A program made the position numbers and the translations under genes. A stretch of 64,000 nucleotides of DNA, from positions 11 through 64,010 of the forward strand of contig DSEQ01000034.1 of the NCBI GenBank assembly GCA_011056555.1. The letters run 5' to 3'. Shown here piece by piece: positions 40,749 to 49,719 of the stretch; position 1 is the first letter of the stretch; the number at the start of each line of letters is the position of its first letter. Under the pieces are notes generated by a model. The model saw nothing but the letters and a program-made list of their open reading frames with translations, searched no databases and was not told the origin of the DNA. Source of the stretch: Candidatus Zixiibacteriota bacterium. GTDB taxonomy: Bacteria > Zixibacteria > MSB-5A5 > JAABVY01.

Positions 40749-42105
40749 ATTCCTGTTTGAAATTATCGAGGTCGAGCAGGAGATTGCCGACCCGGAAAGT
40801 CTGGTTCATCCTGGCATACACCAGCCCCTCATCATCGCGCAATTCCAGTATATGATAACCCGGTTCCAGTCCCAGCTGGTCTTTCATAAACTGCGAGACA
40901 GTACCCTGCGGTATCATATCCACATATAAGGTGTGATCGAAGATGGAATCGGGAAAATTATGAAATTTAATGAATACCGTGCCCACAGCCTCGGCTTGAG
41001 CACCGACATTTTCATTATTAGAACCGGTCACCCGGCTCATAAATTCATCCACCGGCGGCCTGACCCCGCCGATATTATAGGCATATGCGAGGTAAGCCAG
41101 GATTGCAATCAATACAATAAATGAAAGCACATACCAGGCAAAGGCGCCCTTGCTTTCGGGTTTGTCCCGATAAACGGGAACCGGTCCTGTTATCTGCTCA
41201 CCGGGAGATTTGCTGTCTTCGGTTTCCTGCCTGGAGGCGAATGCCTTTCGCAGGATATCGTCTTCAATCTTTAGCTCCTGGCTCGTTTCCTCGTCCACAG
41301 TCTGCTGTACCAGATCCTTGGAAAAATCGTCCGGGCTCTTGATATCCAGAACCTTAACTACAGCAACAGTAATATTGTCTTCGCCCCCGCTGGCATTGGC
41401 GCGTTCTATCAGCTCTTTGCAGATTTTGTCGAGGCTGGCATTTTCCCTGGATAGCGTCTGGAGAATATTCGCATCGGAAACAAATCCGCTCAGGCCGTCC
41501 GAGCACAGCAGGTACAGATCGCCATCTGCAATCCGATCCTTGCGGATATCCACTTTGACATTCTCCCTTGTTCCCAGAGCCCGGGTAATCACATTTTTAT
41601 TTACAAAGTTTTCGGACTCTTCCTCTGTAAGCTGATTGCTGCTGATAAGCTCATTGACCCAGGAGTGATCGACAGTCAGCTGCTCCAGATTGCCGTTTCG
41701 CAAACGGTATACCCTGCTGTCGCCGACATGGCAGATAATCACATGATCACCGGCCATCTGCACCGTAACGACAGTGGTACCCATGCCGCGCATCTCTTTA
41801 TTGCGTACCGATTGATTGAAAATCCTGCGGCTGGCCAGCCGAATAGCATGTACAAGTATTCTGCTTTCTTCCCCGAAGCCTTTCTCGAGCTGGAGAGTTT
41901 CCGGTATAGGACCGAAATCAGCGGGGGATGCTACCGCGGCCGCAATGGTTTCAGCCGCGAGCTCAGAGGCCACCTCGCCGGCGGCATGACCGCCCATGCC
42001 GTCGCAAACCACCGCCAGATTTTTTTCCTTGAGGAGTTTATAATTATCCTCATTCAGCTCTCGGACCAATCCCACATCAGTGCGGGCTGCAATTTCTAAT
42101 TTCAC
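40747..42105 (-). CDS. membrane-anchored PP2C-family Ser/Thr phosphatase with C-terminal extracytoplasmic domain
   Basis: 452 aa; PP2C motifs (TDVGLVRELNEDNY; VCDGMGGHAAGEVAS; VGDSRVYRL; CSDGLSGFV; GGEDNITVAVV), then TM (AFAWYVLSFIVLIAILAYLAYAY), then ~110-aa C-terminal domain; GTG start. Confidence 0.85.
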   Translation of the reverse strand: MKLEIAARTDVGLVRELNEDNYKLLKEKNLAVVCDGMGGHAAGEVASELAAETIAAAVASPADFGPIPETLQLEKGFGEESRILVHAIRLASRRIFNQSVRNKEMRGMGTTVVTVQMAGDHVIICHVGDSRVYRLRNGNLEQLTVDHSWVNELISSNQLTEEESENFVNKNVITRALGTRENVKVDIRKDRIADGDLYLLCSDGLSGFVSDANILQTLSRENASLDKICKELIERANASGGEDNITVAVVKVLDIKSPDDFSKDLVQQTVDEETSQELKIEDDILRKAFASRQETEDSKSPGEQITGPVPVYRDKPESKGAFAWYVLSFIVLIAILAYLAYAYNIGGVRPPVDEFMSRVTGSNNENVGAQAEAVGTVFIKFHNFPDSIFDHTLYVDMIPQGTVSQFMKDQLGLEPGYHILELRDDEGLVYARMNQTFRVGNLLLDLDNFKQE

Positions 42106-42111
42106 AAATTC

Positions 42112-43422
42112 CTACTTAAAAATGATAATTAGTACAATAATAATCAGCAATATTCCAATAGCGCCCAGAAGATAAGGCAAATACAAATTTTTTCCAATGC
42201 TTGTAACGGCACCTTTACCGGCATCCGGCGGTGAAAAATCGAAATGGCCTTCCTCGGCCACACGAAAAATCGTGCTCTCCTTAACCGACGATATTTCCAC
42301 GACATCGCCGATATTCACAGGCAGCACTTCATCGGTCGAAATAGTCCGGCCATTGAGCCTGGTACGCATCTGGCTGGCCCTGTCAGATAAATAAAACCGG
42401 CCATCCTTAAACTCTATTTCTGCGTGTTTTCGGGATATACTCTTATCAATCTCGCCTTTACTGTCGCTCCTGATGACTATATCGTTTTGCTTGCGATCCC
42501 GGCCGATGCGGTTTATATCTTTTTTCAGCCTGAATTTTTCCCCTTTCAAGGGCCCGCTGATCGACAGAAGATAAATATCGAGTTCACGTTGGGGTGATAT
42601 CTGCTCGGGCTCTGAGGGCTGTTCCCGGGTAGATGGCAGAATTTTTGTCTTATGCACATCATCACTTTTTCTCTGGCTCTGAGGAGGTTCAGGCGTATCT
42701 GCCGGTTTCGGCACTTCCTTTCGAGGAGGAGGCGCGGGCGGTTCCGGCTCGGTTTTTCTATCTGGCGGTCCTGGTGATTCGGGCTCTGGTTTTGCCTCCG
42801 CGCCTTTCTGCGGAGGTGCAGGCTCGGGCGCAGGTGCGGGAGGTTCCGGTTCCTTTTCGACTTTTTCAGGGGCGGAATCCTCCAGATCAGGATCTATCGT
42901 AATCTCTTCTGTCTTCATATGATGAATATCTTCTCCGGACGACTCTTCAGTAAGCTTTGCAGGCTCGGGAGATTCGGGCTCCGGCGGCTTTGCCGGAACC
43001 TCCGGCGGCTTTTCATCCGGCAGCTCAGGCTTTTTCTCAGCCGGCAGATCTTCCTCTGTCTTGGCCGGGGGCCCCGATTTTTCTTCCGGCTTGAAGTCAG
43101 GTGCTTTTCCTTTCGCCGGCATTTCATCAGGCAGAACATTCAGGATCAGGTAATAGTCCTCGATCCTTATAGTATCGCCGTCCTCGAGCTTCACATCACC
43201 CTCCACCCTTTCTTCTGTAACAAACACAGGAGGCAGGTGAGTCATGAGCTGCAGGTGGAAACCGTCGTCTCTCAAGACCAGCCTGGCCAGTTCGGGGGCA
43301 ATGGAGGGGTCCTCTATCGGCACATCGCATCCAGTTGAACAGCCGATGGTAATTTCATCCTTGTAAGGCAGATTATAGGTCTTGATAATCTCAGGGCCCT
43401 TCTGTACAATTATTTTAGGCAT
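42112..43422 (-). CDS. FHA-domain protein with Pro/Glu-rich repeat linker and C-terminal tail anchor
   Basis: 436 aa; degenerate FHA-like N-terminus (ITIGCSTGCDVPIED..), long PEP/PAP-rich low-complexity region, canonical FHA (RIGRDRKQNDIVIRSD..ISRKHAEIEFKDGRFYLSD..S.NGT), terminal TM (LLGAIGILLIIIVLIIIF). Confidence 0.75.
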   Translation of the reverse strand: MPKIIVQKGPEIIKTYNLPYKDEITIGCSTGCDVPIEDPSIAPELARLVLRDDGFHLQLMTHLPPVFVTEERVEGDVKLEDGDTIRIEDYYLILNVLPDEMPAKGKAPDFKPEEKSGPPAKTEEDLPAEKKPELPDEKPPEVPAKPPEPESPEPAKLTEESSGEDIHHMKTEEITIDPDLEDSAPEKVEKEPEPPAPAPEPAPPQKGAEAKPEPESPGPPDRKTEPEPPAPPPRKEVPKPADTPEPPQSQRKSDDVHKTKILPSTREQPSEPEQISPQRELDIYLLSISGPLKGEKFRLKKDINRIGRDRKQNDIVIRSDSKGEIDKSISRKHAEIEFKDGRFYLSDRASQMRTRLNGRTISTDEVLPVNIGDVVEISSVKESTIFRVAEEGHFDFSPPDAGKGAVTSIGKNLYLPYLLGAIGILLIIIVLIIIFK

Positions 43423-46056
43423 CTACTCCCTCTTCAGCTCTTCCTCAATTTTATATTCATTATTTTCCTTAATGCTCTTGCCGTCATCCCAGCCCTTATA
43501 ACCGTCCTTGTCGGCAATTAGCTTATATTTTCCGGCCTCGAGCTGAACTGCAAGCTGGCCGAATTCATTCGTCGTGCCCAGGTATATTCTCTTTCTATCA
43601 TCTTTTCTTTCGGCAAGAATGTTGACACCCTCCAGCGGCTCATCGCTATCATCATCCTTGAAAACGAAAATGAGCATGGCCTTTTCCATAACCTCCTCGG
43701 GCTCTTCGACCGGCTCTCCCTCATCCTCCTCCTCTCCGACCTTACGCATAACAGCCTTCAACTCCGTCTGATTTACACCGATCACAAAACTGGTATCAAT
43801 ATAATCCCGCTTACTGAGATATATTCTGTGCTCCACACCTGTCAAAAGCAAATTTATCGGCGTCTTGTCGGCCGATTCGGAAAGACGTCCCTCACTTTCA
43901 ATTTTGGTGATTCGCGCTCCAATATCTCCGCCTTTCGGATTGGAGGCTGCAACCGCGGTGACAGCGACCTCGCGATACAATTCATAAAATAGCGAACCCT
44001 GGAAATTCTCGTCGATATCAACCAACCTGACCTTGTCTTCAAATCCGGACTTTACCAGCCTGATTCTGGCTTGACCAAAAGGTATCATGACATTATCGGG
44101 CGTCTGGCCCACAGGTTCATCCTGGTCCTCCAGATAAATATCGGCTCCCTGGGGTTTACTGGAAATTTTTATATTCTTCCGAAATCTCCCGGTGATCTCC
44201 GGAAGTTCATTCTCTTTATTGTAACTATAATCCCAGAGGCCTTCATTATCAGTCTTGAAATCTCCCGAGGAGACATTGAAGCCGGCAAGTCTCAGGGCGC
44301 CTGAAGCCTTTTCATGCTCGAGCCGAATATCAACGCTATCAGTTAAAGGTATCGGAACCAGAGCAGGGGTAACCGCGGGGTAAAGATTGTTATCCACAAA
44401 TATTGATGCTCCCTGCGGGATGGAATTGATACGTGCCTCTCGCTTCAAAACGAAATTAGGAAAGGTAATTTGATCGCCCTCTTTCAGGACGAACTGGGTA
44501 TCAATCGGGCTGGCCTTGTCCATTTCGATACGGAGATTGTACTGTCCTGCGTCGAGCTGATTGATCTGCAACGGAGTTTTTCCCGACTTTTCTCCATTAA
44601 GAAAAACAACCGCACCTTCCGGAACAGAATTTATCCATACCGCATATTCCCCGGAAGGGCCGCTGCTTCCACCTGCGCCCCCGATCAAAGTGCCGATTAT
44701 AAGAAGCAGAATTAAAATTATTATTGCACCGCCGCCATACACCCAGATTCTTTTGTCGGCGCGCTTGAGGGCGGCCAGGGATGACTGAAAGTCGAAAGCG
44801 GGCTTCTTCCTCTTGAATGACGGAACTTCCCTGACTACCGTTTTAGCATCGGCGCTCTCGCTTGAATATATTGATGTTCTGGCTTCGTCTCCTGAGGTGT
44901 CATGGATAACAGTCCGGGCCTCTTCCGACGTACTATCATAGATTACCGTTTTGGCTTCTTCCGGTTCAGCTGCCGGTTCTCTTTTCGGCTTCTGCTCCCC
45001 TGTCTTCCGTTCTTCAGGCGGCCCGGGTTTCGGCCCCACAGGTTCAGGTTCCGGCGGAGTACTCAGGATTTGTGTTTTGATTTTCTGCTGGCTGTTCTGC
45101 CGGGTTGCTTTTTCCTCAGCTTCCACAGGCTCCTTAACATACATGGAATGCACCAATCGTGACAGATCCGAGGTGGGCTCACCCGGAAAATATTTTCGCG
45201 AGAGATGGTACAGGTCGACATACATTTCATTGGCTGACTTATACCTCTCAGACCTGTCTTTCTTCAGGGCCTGACGGATCACATCAGAACAACCCTCGGG
45301 CAGATCGACAGTTTCCAGGGGTGCAAAATCAATTTGCCCCGAGGTAATCTTTTTCATAACCGTGAAATCCGAATCGCCCGAAAAGAGTTCTTCACCGGTG
45401 CACATCTCGTAAAAAACCGAACCAAGCGAGAAAATATCGCTCTGGCGTGTAGCTTCTTTACCCTCCAGCTGCTCGGGAGACATGTAGGCCACCTTACCTT
45501 TGACGAAACCGGTTTGGGTCTTCTGCACTATACGGTTGCGGGCCTTGGCAATGCCGAAATCAATCAGCTTGACCGAGCCCTCCACGGTGAGCATGATATT
45601 CGAGGGCGAGATATCCCTGTGCACGATATTCAATGGCTGCCCGGATTTTCTATCCTTGAGGTTATGCGCATATTCGAGCGCTTTGCAGATTTCGCTAATA
45701 ATGTGCATGGCCATGTTTTTCGGCATGGTCTCGTTGCGATCGTTATAGTAATCGATCACCTCGCGCAGATCGACGCCTTCGATAAACTGCATGATTATAA
45801 AGACGCGATCATCGGGAGTTTTCCTGAGACTGTAAACCTGTACTATATTGGGATGGTTAAGGCGGGCTGTATTGACGGCCTCGTCGATGAACATATCGAC
45901 ATACTGCTTCTCACCCAGCAGAGATTTAACAACTTCCTTTATCGCAACGGGACGATCGAGAGTCAAATCCCAACCGTAATATATAGTGCCGAAACCTCCC
46001 GCTTTGATCTCGCGGATGATTTCATACTGCTCATCTATAATCCTGCGCGCGCTCAT
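43423..46056 (-). CDS. Hanks-type Ser/Thr protein kinase with TM segment and extracytoplasmic PEGA repeats
   Basis: 877 aa; kinase subdomains (GGFGTIY..VAIK; HRDISPSNIML; DFGIAK; SPE), Pro-rich linker, TM (IWVYGGGAIIILILLLIIGTLIGG), then at least 3 PEGA-like repeats (INSVPEGAVVFLNGEKSGKTP; INSIPQGASIFVDN; SSKPQGADIYLEDQ). Confidence 0.9.
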   Translation of the reverse strand: MSARRIIDEQYEIIREIKAGGFGTIYYGWDLTLDRPVAIKEVVKSLLGEKQYVDMFIDEAVNTARLNHPNIVQVYSLRKTPDDRVFIIMQFIEGVDLREVIDYYNDRNETMPKNMAMHIISEICKALEYAHNLKDRKSGQPLNIVHRDISPSNIMLTVEGSVKLIDFGIAKARNRIVQKTQTGFVKGKVAYMSPEQLEGKEATRQSDIFSLGSVFYEMCTGEELFSGDSDFTVMKKITSGQIDFAPLETVDLPEGCSDVIRQALKKDRSERYKSANEMYVDLYHLSRKYFPGEPTSDLSRLVHSMYVKEPVEAEEKATRQNSQQKIKTQILSTPPEPEPVGPKPGPPEERKTGEQKPKREPAAEPEEAKTVIYDSTSEEARTVIHDTSGDEARTSIYSSESADAKTVVREVPSFKRKKPAFDFQSSLAALKRADKRIWVYGGGAIIILILLLIIGTLIGGAGGSSGPSGEYAVWINSVPEGAVVFLNGEKSGKTPLQINQLDAGQYNLRIEMDKASPIDTQFVLKEGDQITFPNFVLKREARINSIPQGASIFVDNNLYPAVTPALVPIPLTDSVDIRLEHEKASGALRLAGFNVSSGDFKTDNEGLWDYSYNKENELPEITGRFRKNIKISSKPQGADIYLEDQDEPVGQTPDNVMIPFGQARIRLVKSGFEDKVRLVDIDENFQGSLFYELYREVAVTAVAASNPKGGDIGARITKIESEGRLSESADKTPINLLLTGVEHRIYLSKRDYIDTSFVIGVNQTELKAVMRKVGEEEDEGEPVEEPEEVMEKAMLIFVFKDDDSDEPLEGVNILAERKDDRKRIYLGTTNEFGQLAVQLEAGKYKLIADKDGYKGWDDGKSIKENNEYKIEEELKRE

Positions 46057-47480
46057 TTTTTCTCCGGCGCCTCCGAAAATCCAAATTTAACCGGATCGGT
46101 GGCAATAATCATCGCCGCCATTATCTTGGGAACATACTCCACCGTCTCATTGTGCAACATGTCATTTTTCACAAGATACCAGAATCTATTTTGCTCGATC
46201 ACATCCATCCTCATCAGGGCATTCCTGATTCTCCCCAGGCCTGTGTTGTAGGATGCCATAGCCAGCATATAAGAGTTATACAAATTATATAATTGTTTAA
46301 TATATTTACAAGCAGCTTCGGTGGATTTTTTCGCATTAACTCGTTCATCCATATCATTATTCACGGTCAGGCCGAAATCTCGTGCGGTTGCCGGCATAAA
46401 CTGCCAGAGCCCGCGGGCGCCGGCGGGGGATGTGGCTGTGCTGTCGTAGCCGGATTCCACGAATGCCAGATAAGCGAACTCTTCGGGCAAACCCGCACCC
46501 CTCAACATGCGCCGCACCATGCCCATATGCATCTCCGACCTTTCCAGCGAGCGTTCAAACCAGCCGCGCAAATTGCCTGTGAACTTATCCACATATTTTA
46601 CGGTATTCTCGACGAATATCAAGGGTATTTCATTCTGCGGATCGCCCAGATCCTTCGAAAGCCTTATCAAGCGGTAGCTGACATATTCCTGCAGGGTCTG
46701 CCGCGCGAGGCTTCTTTTCTCTTCCCATGGTTGATAGACATAACGGTATCCGGCCCCTGCCAAAAGAACGACAAATATGATCGGCAGCAGTACCTTCAGC
46801 AGCCTGGTGAATAGAGGACGGCGGAATTTGGCCCCCTCACCGATTCCAATTTGCGGCCCCTTTTCTCCGATCATGATGCTGTCGCCGAATTTCAAAGCGG
46901 CGGTGGTAATTCTCTCGCCATTTACATAAGTGCCATTGGTAGAATCCAGATCCTTTATGGATATTGTCGGCGGAATATAATTTATTTCGGCATGTATCCG
47001 CGAGACCATGGGCATATCCAGAGTTAGATCGCAGGCTGAATCCCGCCCGATCTCTATTCTACCGGGCAGAAACTCATAAGATTCCCCGCCGTCAACCTTC
47101 AGAAGCAGTTTTTTGGAAACTGCCTGAACCATCTGCGTCCTGTCAGCAGAACTTCTTTTTCGCGGTTTCTCGGATCGCCCGCTTTCACTGAATGTGACTT
47201 CAATCTCCGGACCGCCCTGGCCGAAGCTTACATGATCGCCAGATGATACAAATCCGGAATTATGATGATTGCCGTTTACAAAAGTGCCGTTGGAAGAACC
47301 CAGGTCGGAAAGATAGAGGCCCTCCGCCTTGACAGTGAACCTGCAGTGCTCGTAAGATACTATATCAGAATTAATGGACAGGTCGGCATCCTCCGACCTG
47401 CCAACTAATACACTGGATTGATTAAATTTAAGTCGTTTTCCTGTATTTTCACCGGATATAAATTCAAATGCTATCTCCAA
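46053..47480 (-). CDS. tandem-FHA protein fused through a TM segment to a periplasmic SLT lytic transglycosylase domain
   Basis: 475 aa; two FHA domains (VLVGRSEDADLSI..SYEHCRF..LSDLGSSNGTFVNG; IEIGRDSACDLTL..VSRIHAEI..IKDLDSTNGTYVNG), TM (LLKVLLPIIFVVLLAGAGY), SLT motifs (AFVESGYD...GARGLWQFMPATARDFGL); ATGA overlap with the kinase gene; TTG start. Confidence 0.85.
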   Translation of the reverse strand: MEIAFEFISGENTGKRLKFNQSSVLVGRSEDADLSINSDIVSYEHCRFTVKAEGLYLSDLGSSNGTFVNGNHHNSGFVSSGDHVSFGQGGPEIEVTFSESGRSEKPRKRSSADRTQMVQAVSKKLLLKVDGGESYEFLPGRIEIGRDSACDLTLDMPMVSRIHAEINYIPPTISIKDLDSTNGTYVNGERITTAALKFGDSIMIGEKGPQIGIGEGAKFRRPLFTRLLKVLLPIIFVVLLAGAGYRYVYQPWEEKRSLARQTLQEYVSYRLIRLSKDLGDPQNEIPLIFVENTVKYVDKFTGNLRGWFERSLERSEMHMGMVRRMLRGAGLPEEFAYLAFVESGYDSTATSPAGARGLWQFMPATARDFGLTVNNDMDERVNAKKSTEAACKYIKQLYNLYNSYMLAMASYNTGLGRIRNALMRMDVIEQNRFWYLVKNDMLHNETVEYVPKIMAAMIIATDPVKFGFSEAPEKK

Positions 47481-47490
47481 CTCAATTCAC

Positions 47491-49707
47491 CTATCCAGTC
47501 TTAAAAATTAAGTCGATTTGACCTATAGAAATCACATCGTTATTGATCAGAACCCTTCGAGTTATCCTGTTCTTGTTAACCATCGTGCCATTGGTGGAAC
47601 CCTGGTCGATCAGCTCGTACTTGCCTCCAGAGTATTCGATGGTTGCATGATTGCGCGATACCCCCTCGGAAGGCAGGTGAATGTCATTTGCTTTGTCGGC
47701 TCCGATTTTATTGGTTCCTTTCATAAGGTGAAATTCATGCTGGGGAGCATCGCCGGATTTGACCTCCAGCATGGCTTCCCCTATCTGAGCCTTCTTGCCC
47801 TTCTTCGACGCGGCCACAATTATTATAATGATAATCAGCAGAATAACCACGATAAGGACTATCAGCAGGATCAGGCCGTACTTCTCAAGGAAGCTCTCAC
47901 CTTTTATAGCCACTTCCTCACCGCTGGGTTCGCTGTACTCGTGGCTGCTGGTAATGAGATTGCCGTCCATATCAACATCGACGCTGACACTAATTTCACC
48001 CTCTACAGGAAGGCCGGATACCGCCAGCGCATACTGGCCGCGGATAAGGGCTATCGATCTCCTGAAGAGAAAATAGATCATATCGTCTTTATCAGCAGAG
48101 TAGAAGAAACCGCCGCTGAGATCGGCAATCTTCCTTATCTCCTCCAAAAATTCGGGCGATTTTTCATTGTCATACCCCAGCGTATATATCTGCGGGAGAT
48201 CATGCGACCGCTTATAATCTTCAAGGGTCTTAAAATTGTTGCGGCTCGACTCACCTTTGCTATTAGTGACCACCACAAAGATCGGGTATTTTTCCGCGCC
48301 GGAGGTGTCATAATAATTCAAAGCCTCTAAAACCGCATCATAAAGCGGGGCCTTCTGACCGTTAAACTGGAGATTATTTATTGCCGTCTTCTGCGTCGAA
48401 AAAGATTTTTCCAGAGGCATGGCAAGTTCGATATTATCGGCAAATTTGAAAAAGGCAACCCGATGGCGGGATTCGTCCAGCTTGGCCAGAAATTCTGTGG
48501 TCAGCTTTTCCTTTATTAGATTGATCTCATTCTCTTTCAACCCCACAGTGCCGAGCAGGAAGATAAAGTCAATTTCATCCTCCCGAAACTGTGGATGCGC
48601 CTTCTGGATTTCCAACTCCTGTTCCCCGACCTTGATCCCGGGGAAATTTTCAGCTATCAGCCCGCTGACAATATTTCGGTTATCCTCGAAGACAGACAGC
48701 ACAACCAGATTTTGACTGGGAATCACCCGGTTAATGGTTATATTTTCAGTGGAATCAACATTGGACGATATAACCGCCTTTTTGATGATTGTCTCTTTTA
48801 CTGTTTTTTCGGCCACCAGAGAGGGAAGCTCGGTCAGGGCAAATTTCCAGATTGTCTCATTCTTATTATCGAGAACATAACAGACATCCCGCCCGGCAAC
48901 ATCAACAGATATCGGTTCATCAAGCATACCGCCGCTGAACGGCGCCTCCCATTGACCTGACTCGAAATCTGCGGTGAAAAAGACCACCTTTTCCTTCTTA
49001 TCCAGAACAAAGAGCTCACCGTGCTGGTTGACGCACAGGTCAACCGGCTCCCCGATTTCCTTGCCTCCGAATTGCACCGGAATTTCTATAATCAGCGAGC
49101 CTTCACTATTGAAAACCTGCACTGTCTTTTTCTTCTCATCAAGAACGAAGACCCGTCCCTGATGATCGACATCGACAGCAATTGGATCCTCGAAGCCGGC
49201 CCCCTGCAAAGTACCAAGATCCTGTCCGTCTTCATCGAAAATACGGACATTATCTTTGTCCTTATCGGCAACGTAAACGCGGCCGTCACGGGCAACCGTA
49301 ACCGACATGGGCCGACCGAACGTCTTTTCGCCGCCTATCGTGCCCTGCCGCATACCCTCCTGGGTAAAGCGCGAGAGCTCATCACGGTCGCGATCCACCA
49401 CGTACACCAACCCATCGATGCCGATATCGATATCCTGGGGAACCTCGATGTCGTCATCACCAATTGGAATAGACCTCAAATACTGGCCGTTACCTGAAAA
49501 TACCTGCACAAGATTATTGCGGGCCGAGCCGATATATATTTCACCTCCCGGGCCGACATAGATAGCCTTGACATTGGAGACCTCGCTATCACCTGTCCCG
49601 CCGGGCAGTTTTATACGCGGCAGGCTTTCTACTTTAATTGCAAAGGCATTGGAAACAAGAAACAGTGCGGCAACTATGCCCCATAAAATCAAATTCCTTT
49701 TCGACAT
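47491..49707 (-). CDS. signal-peptide NHL-repeat beta-propeller + vWA-like domain, TM, C-terminal cytoplasmic FHA domain
   Basis: 738 aa; signal peptide; at least 5 NHL-like blades (YVVDRDRD..; RVYVADKDKD..; RVFVLDEKKK..; ELFVLDKKEK..; VCYVLDNKNE..); vWA-like segment (FLLGTVGL..VVVTNSKGESS..IYTLGYD); TM (LILLIVLIVVILLIIIIIIV); FHA (KIGADKANDIHL..VSRNHATIEY..LIDQGSTNGTMVN). Confidence 0.75.
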   Translation of the reverse strand: MSKRNLILWGIVAALFLVSNAFAIKVESLPRIKLPGGTGDSEVSNVKAIYVGPGGEIYIGSARNNLVQVFSGNGQYLRSIPIGDDDIEVPQDIDIGIDGLVYVVDRDRDELSRFTQEGMRQGTIGGEKTFGRPMSVTVARDGRVYVADKDKDNVRIFDEDGQDLGTLQGAGFEDPIAVDVDHQGRVFVLDEKKKTVQVFNSEGSLIIEIPVQFGGKEIGEPVDLCVNQHGELFVLDKKEKVVFFTADFESGQWEAPFSGGMLDEPISVDVAGRDVCYVLDNKNETIWKFALTELPSLVAEKTVKETIIKKAVISSNVDSTENITINRVIPSQNLVVLSVFEDNRNIVSGLIAENFPGIKVGEQELEIQKAHPQFREDEIDFIFLLGTVGLKENEINLIKEKLTTEFLAKLDESRHRVAFFKFADNIELAMPLEKSFSTQKTAINNLQFNGQKAPLYDAVLEALNYYDTSGAEKYPIFVVVTNSKGESSRNNFKTLEDYKRSHDLPQIYTLGYDNEKSPEFLEEIRKIADLSGGFFYSADKDDMIYFLFRRSIALIRGQYALAVSGLPVEGEISVSVDVDMDGNLITSSHEYSEPSGEEVAIKGESFLEKYGLILLIVLIVVILLIIIIIIVAASKKGKKAQIGEAMLEVKSGDAPQHEFHLMKGTNKIGADKANDIHLPSEGVSRNHATIEYSGGKYELIDQGSTNGTMVNKNRITRRVLINNDVISIGQIDLIFKTG

Positions 49708-49719
49708 ATCCCCTCCAGC

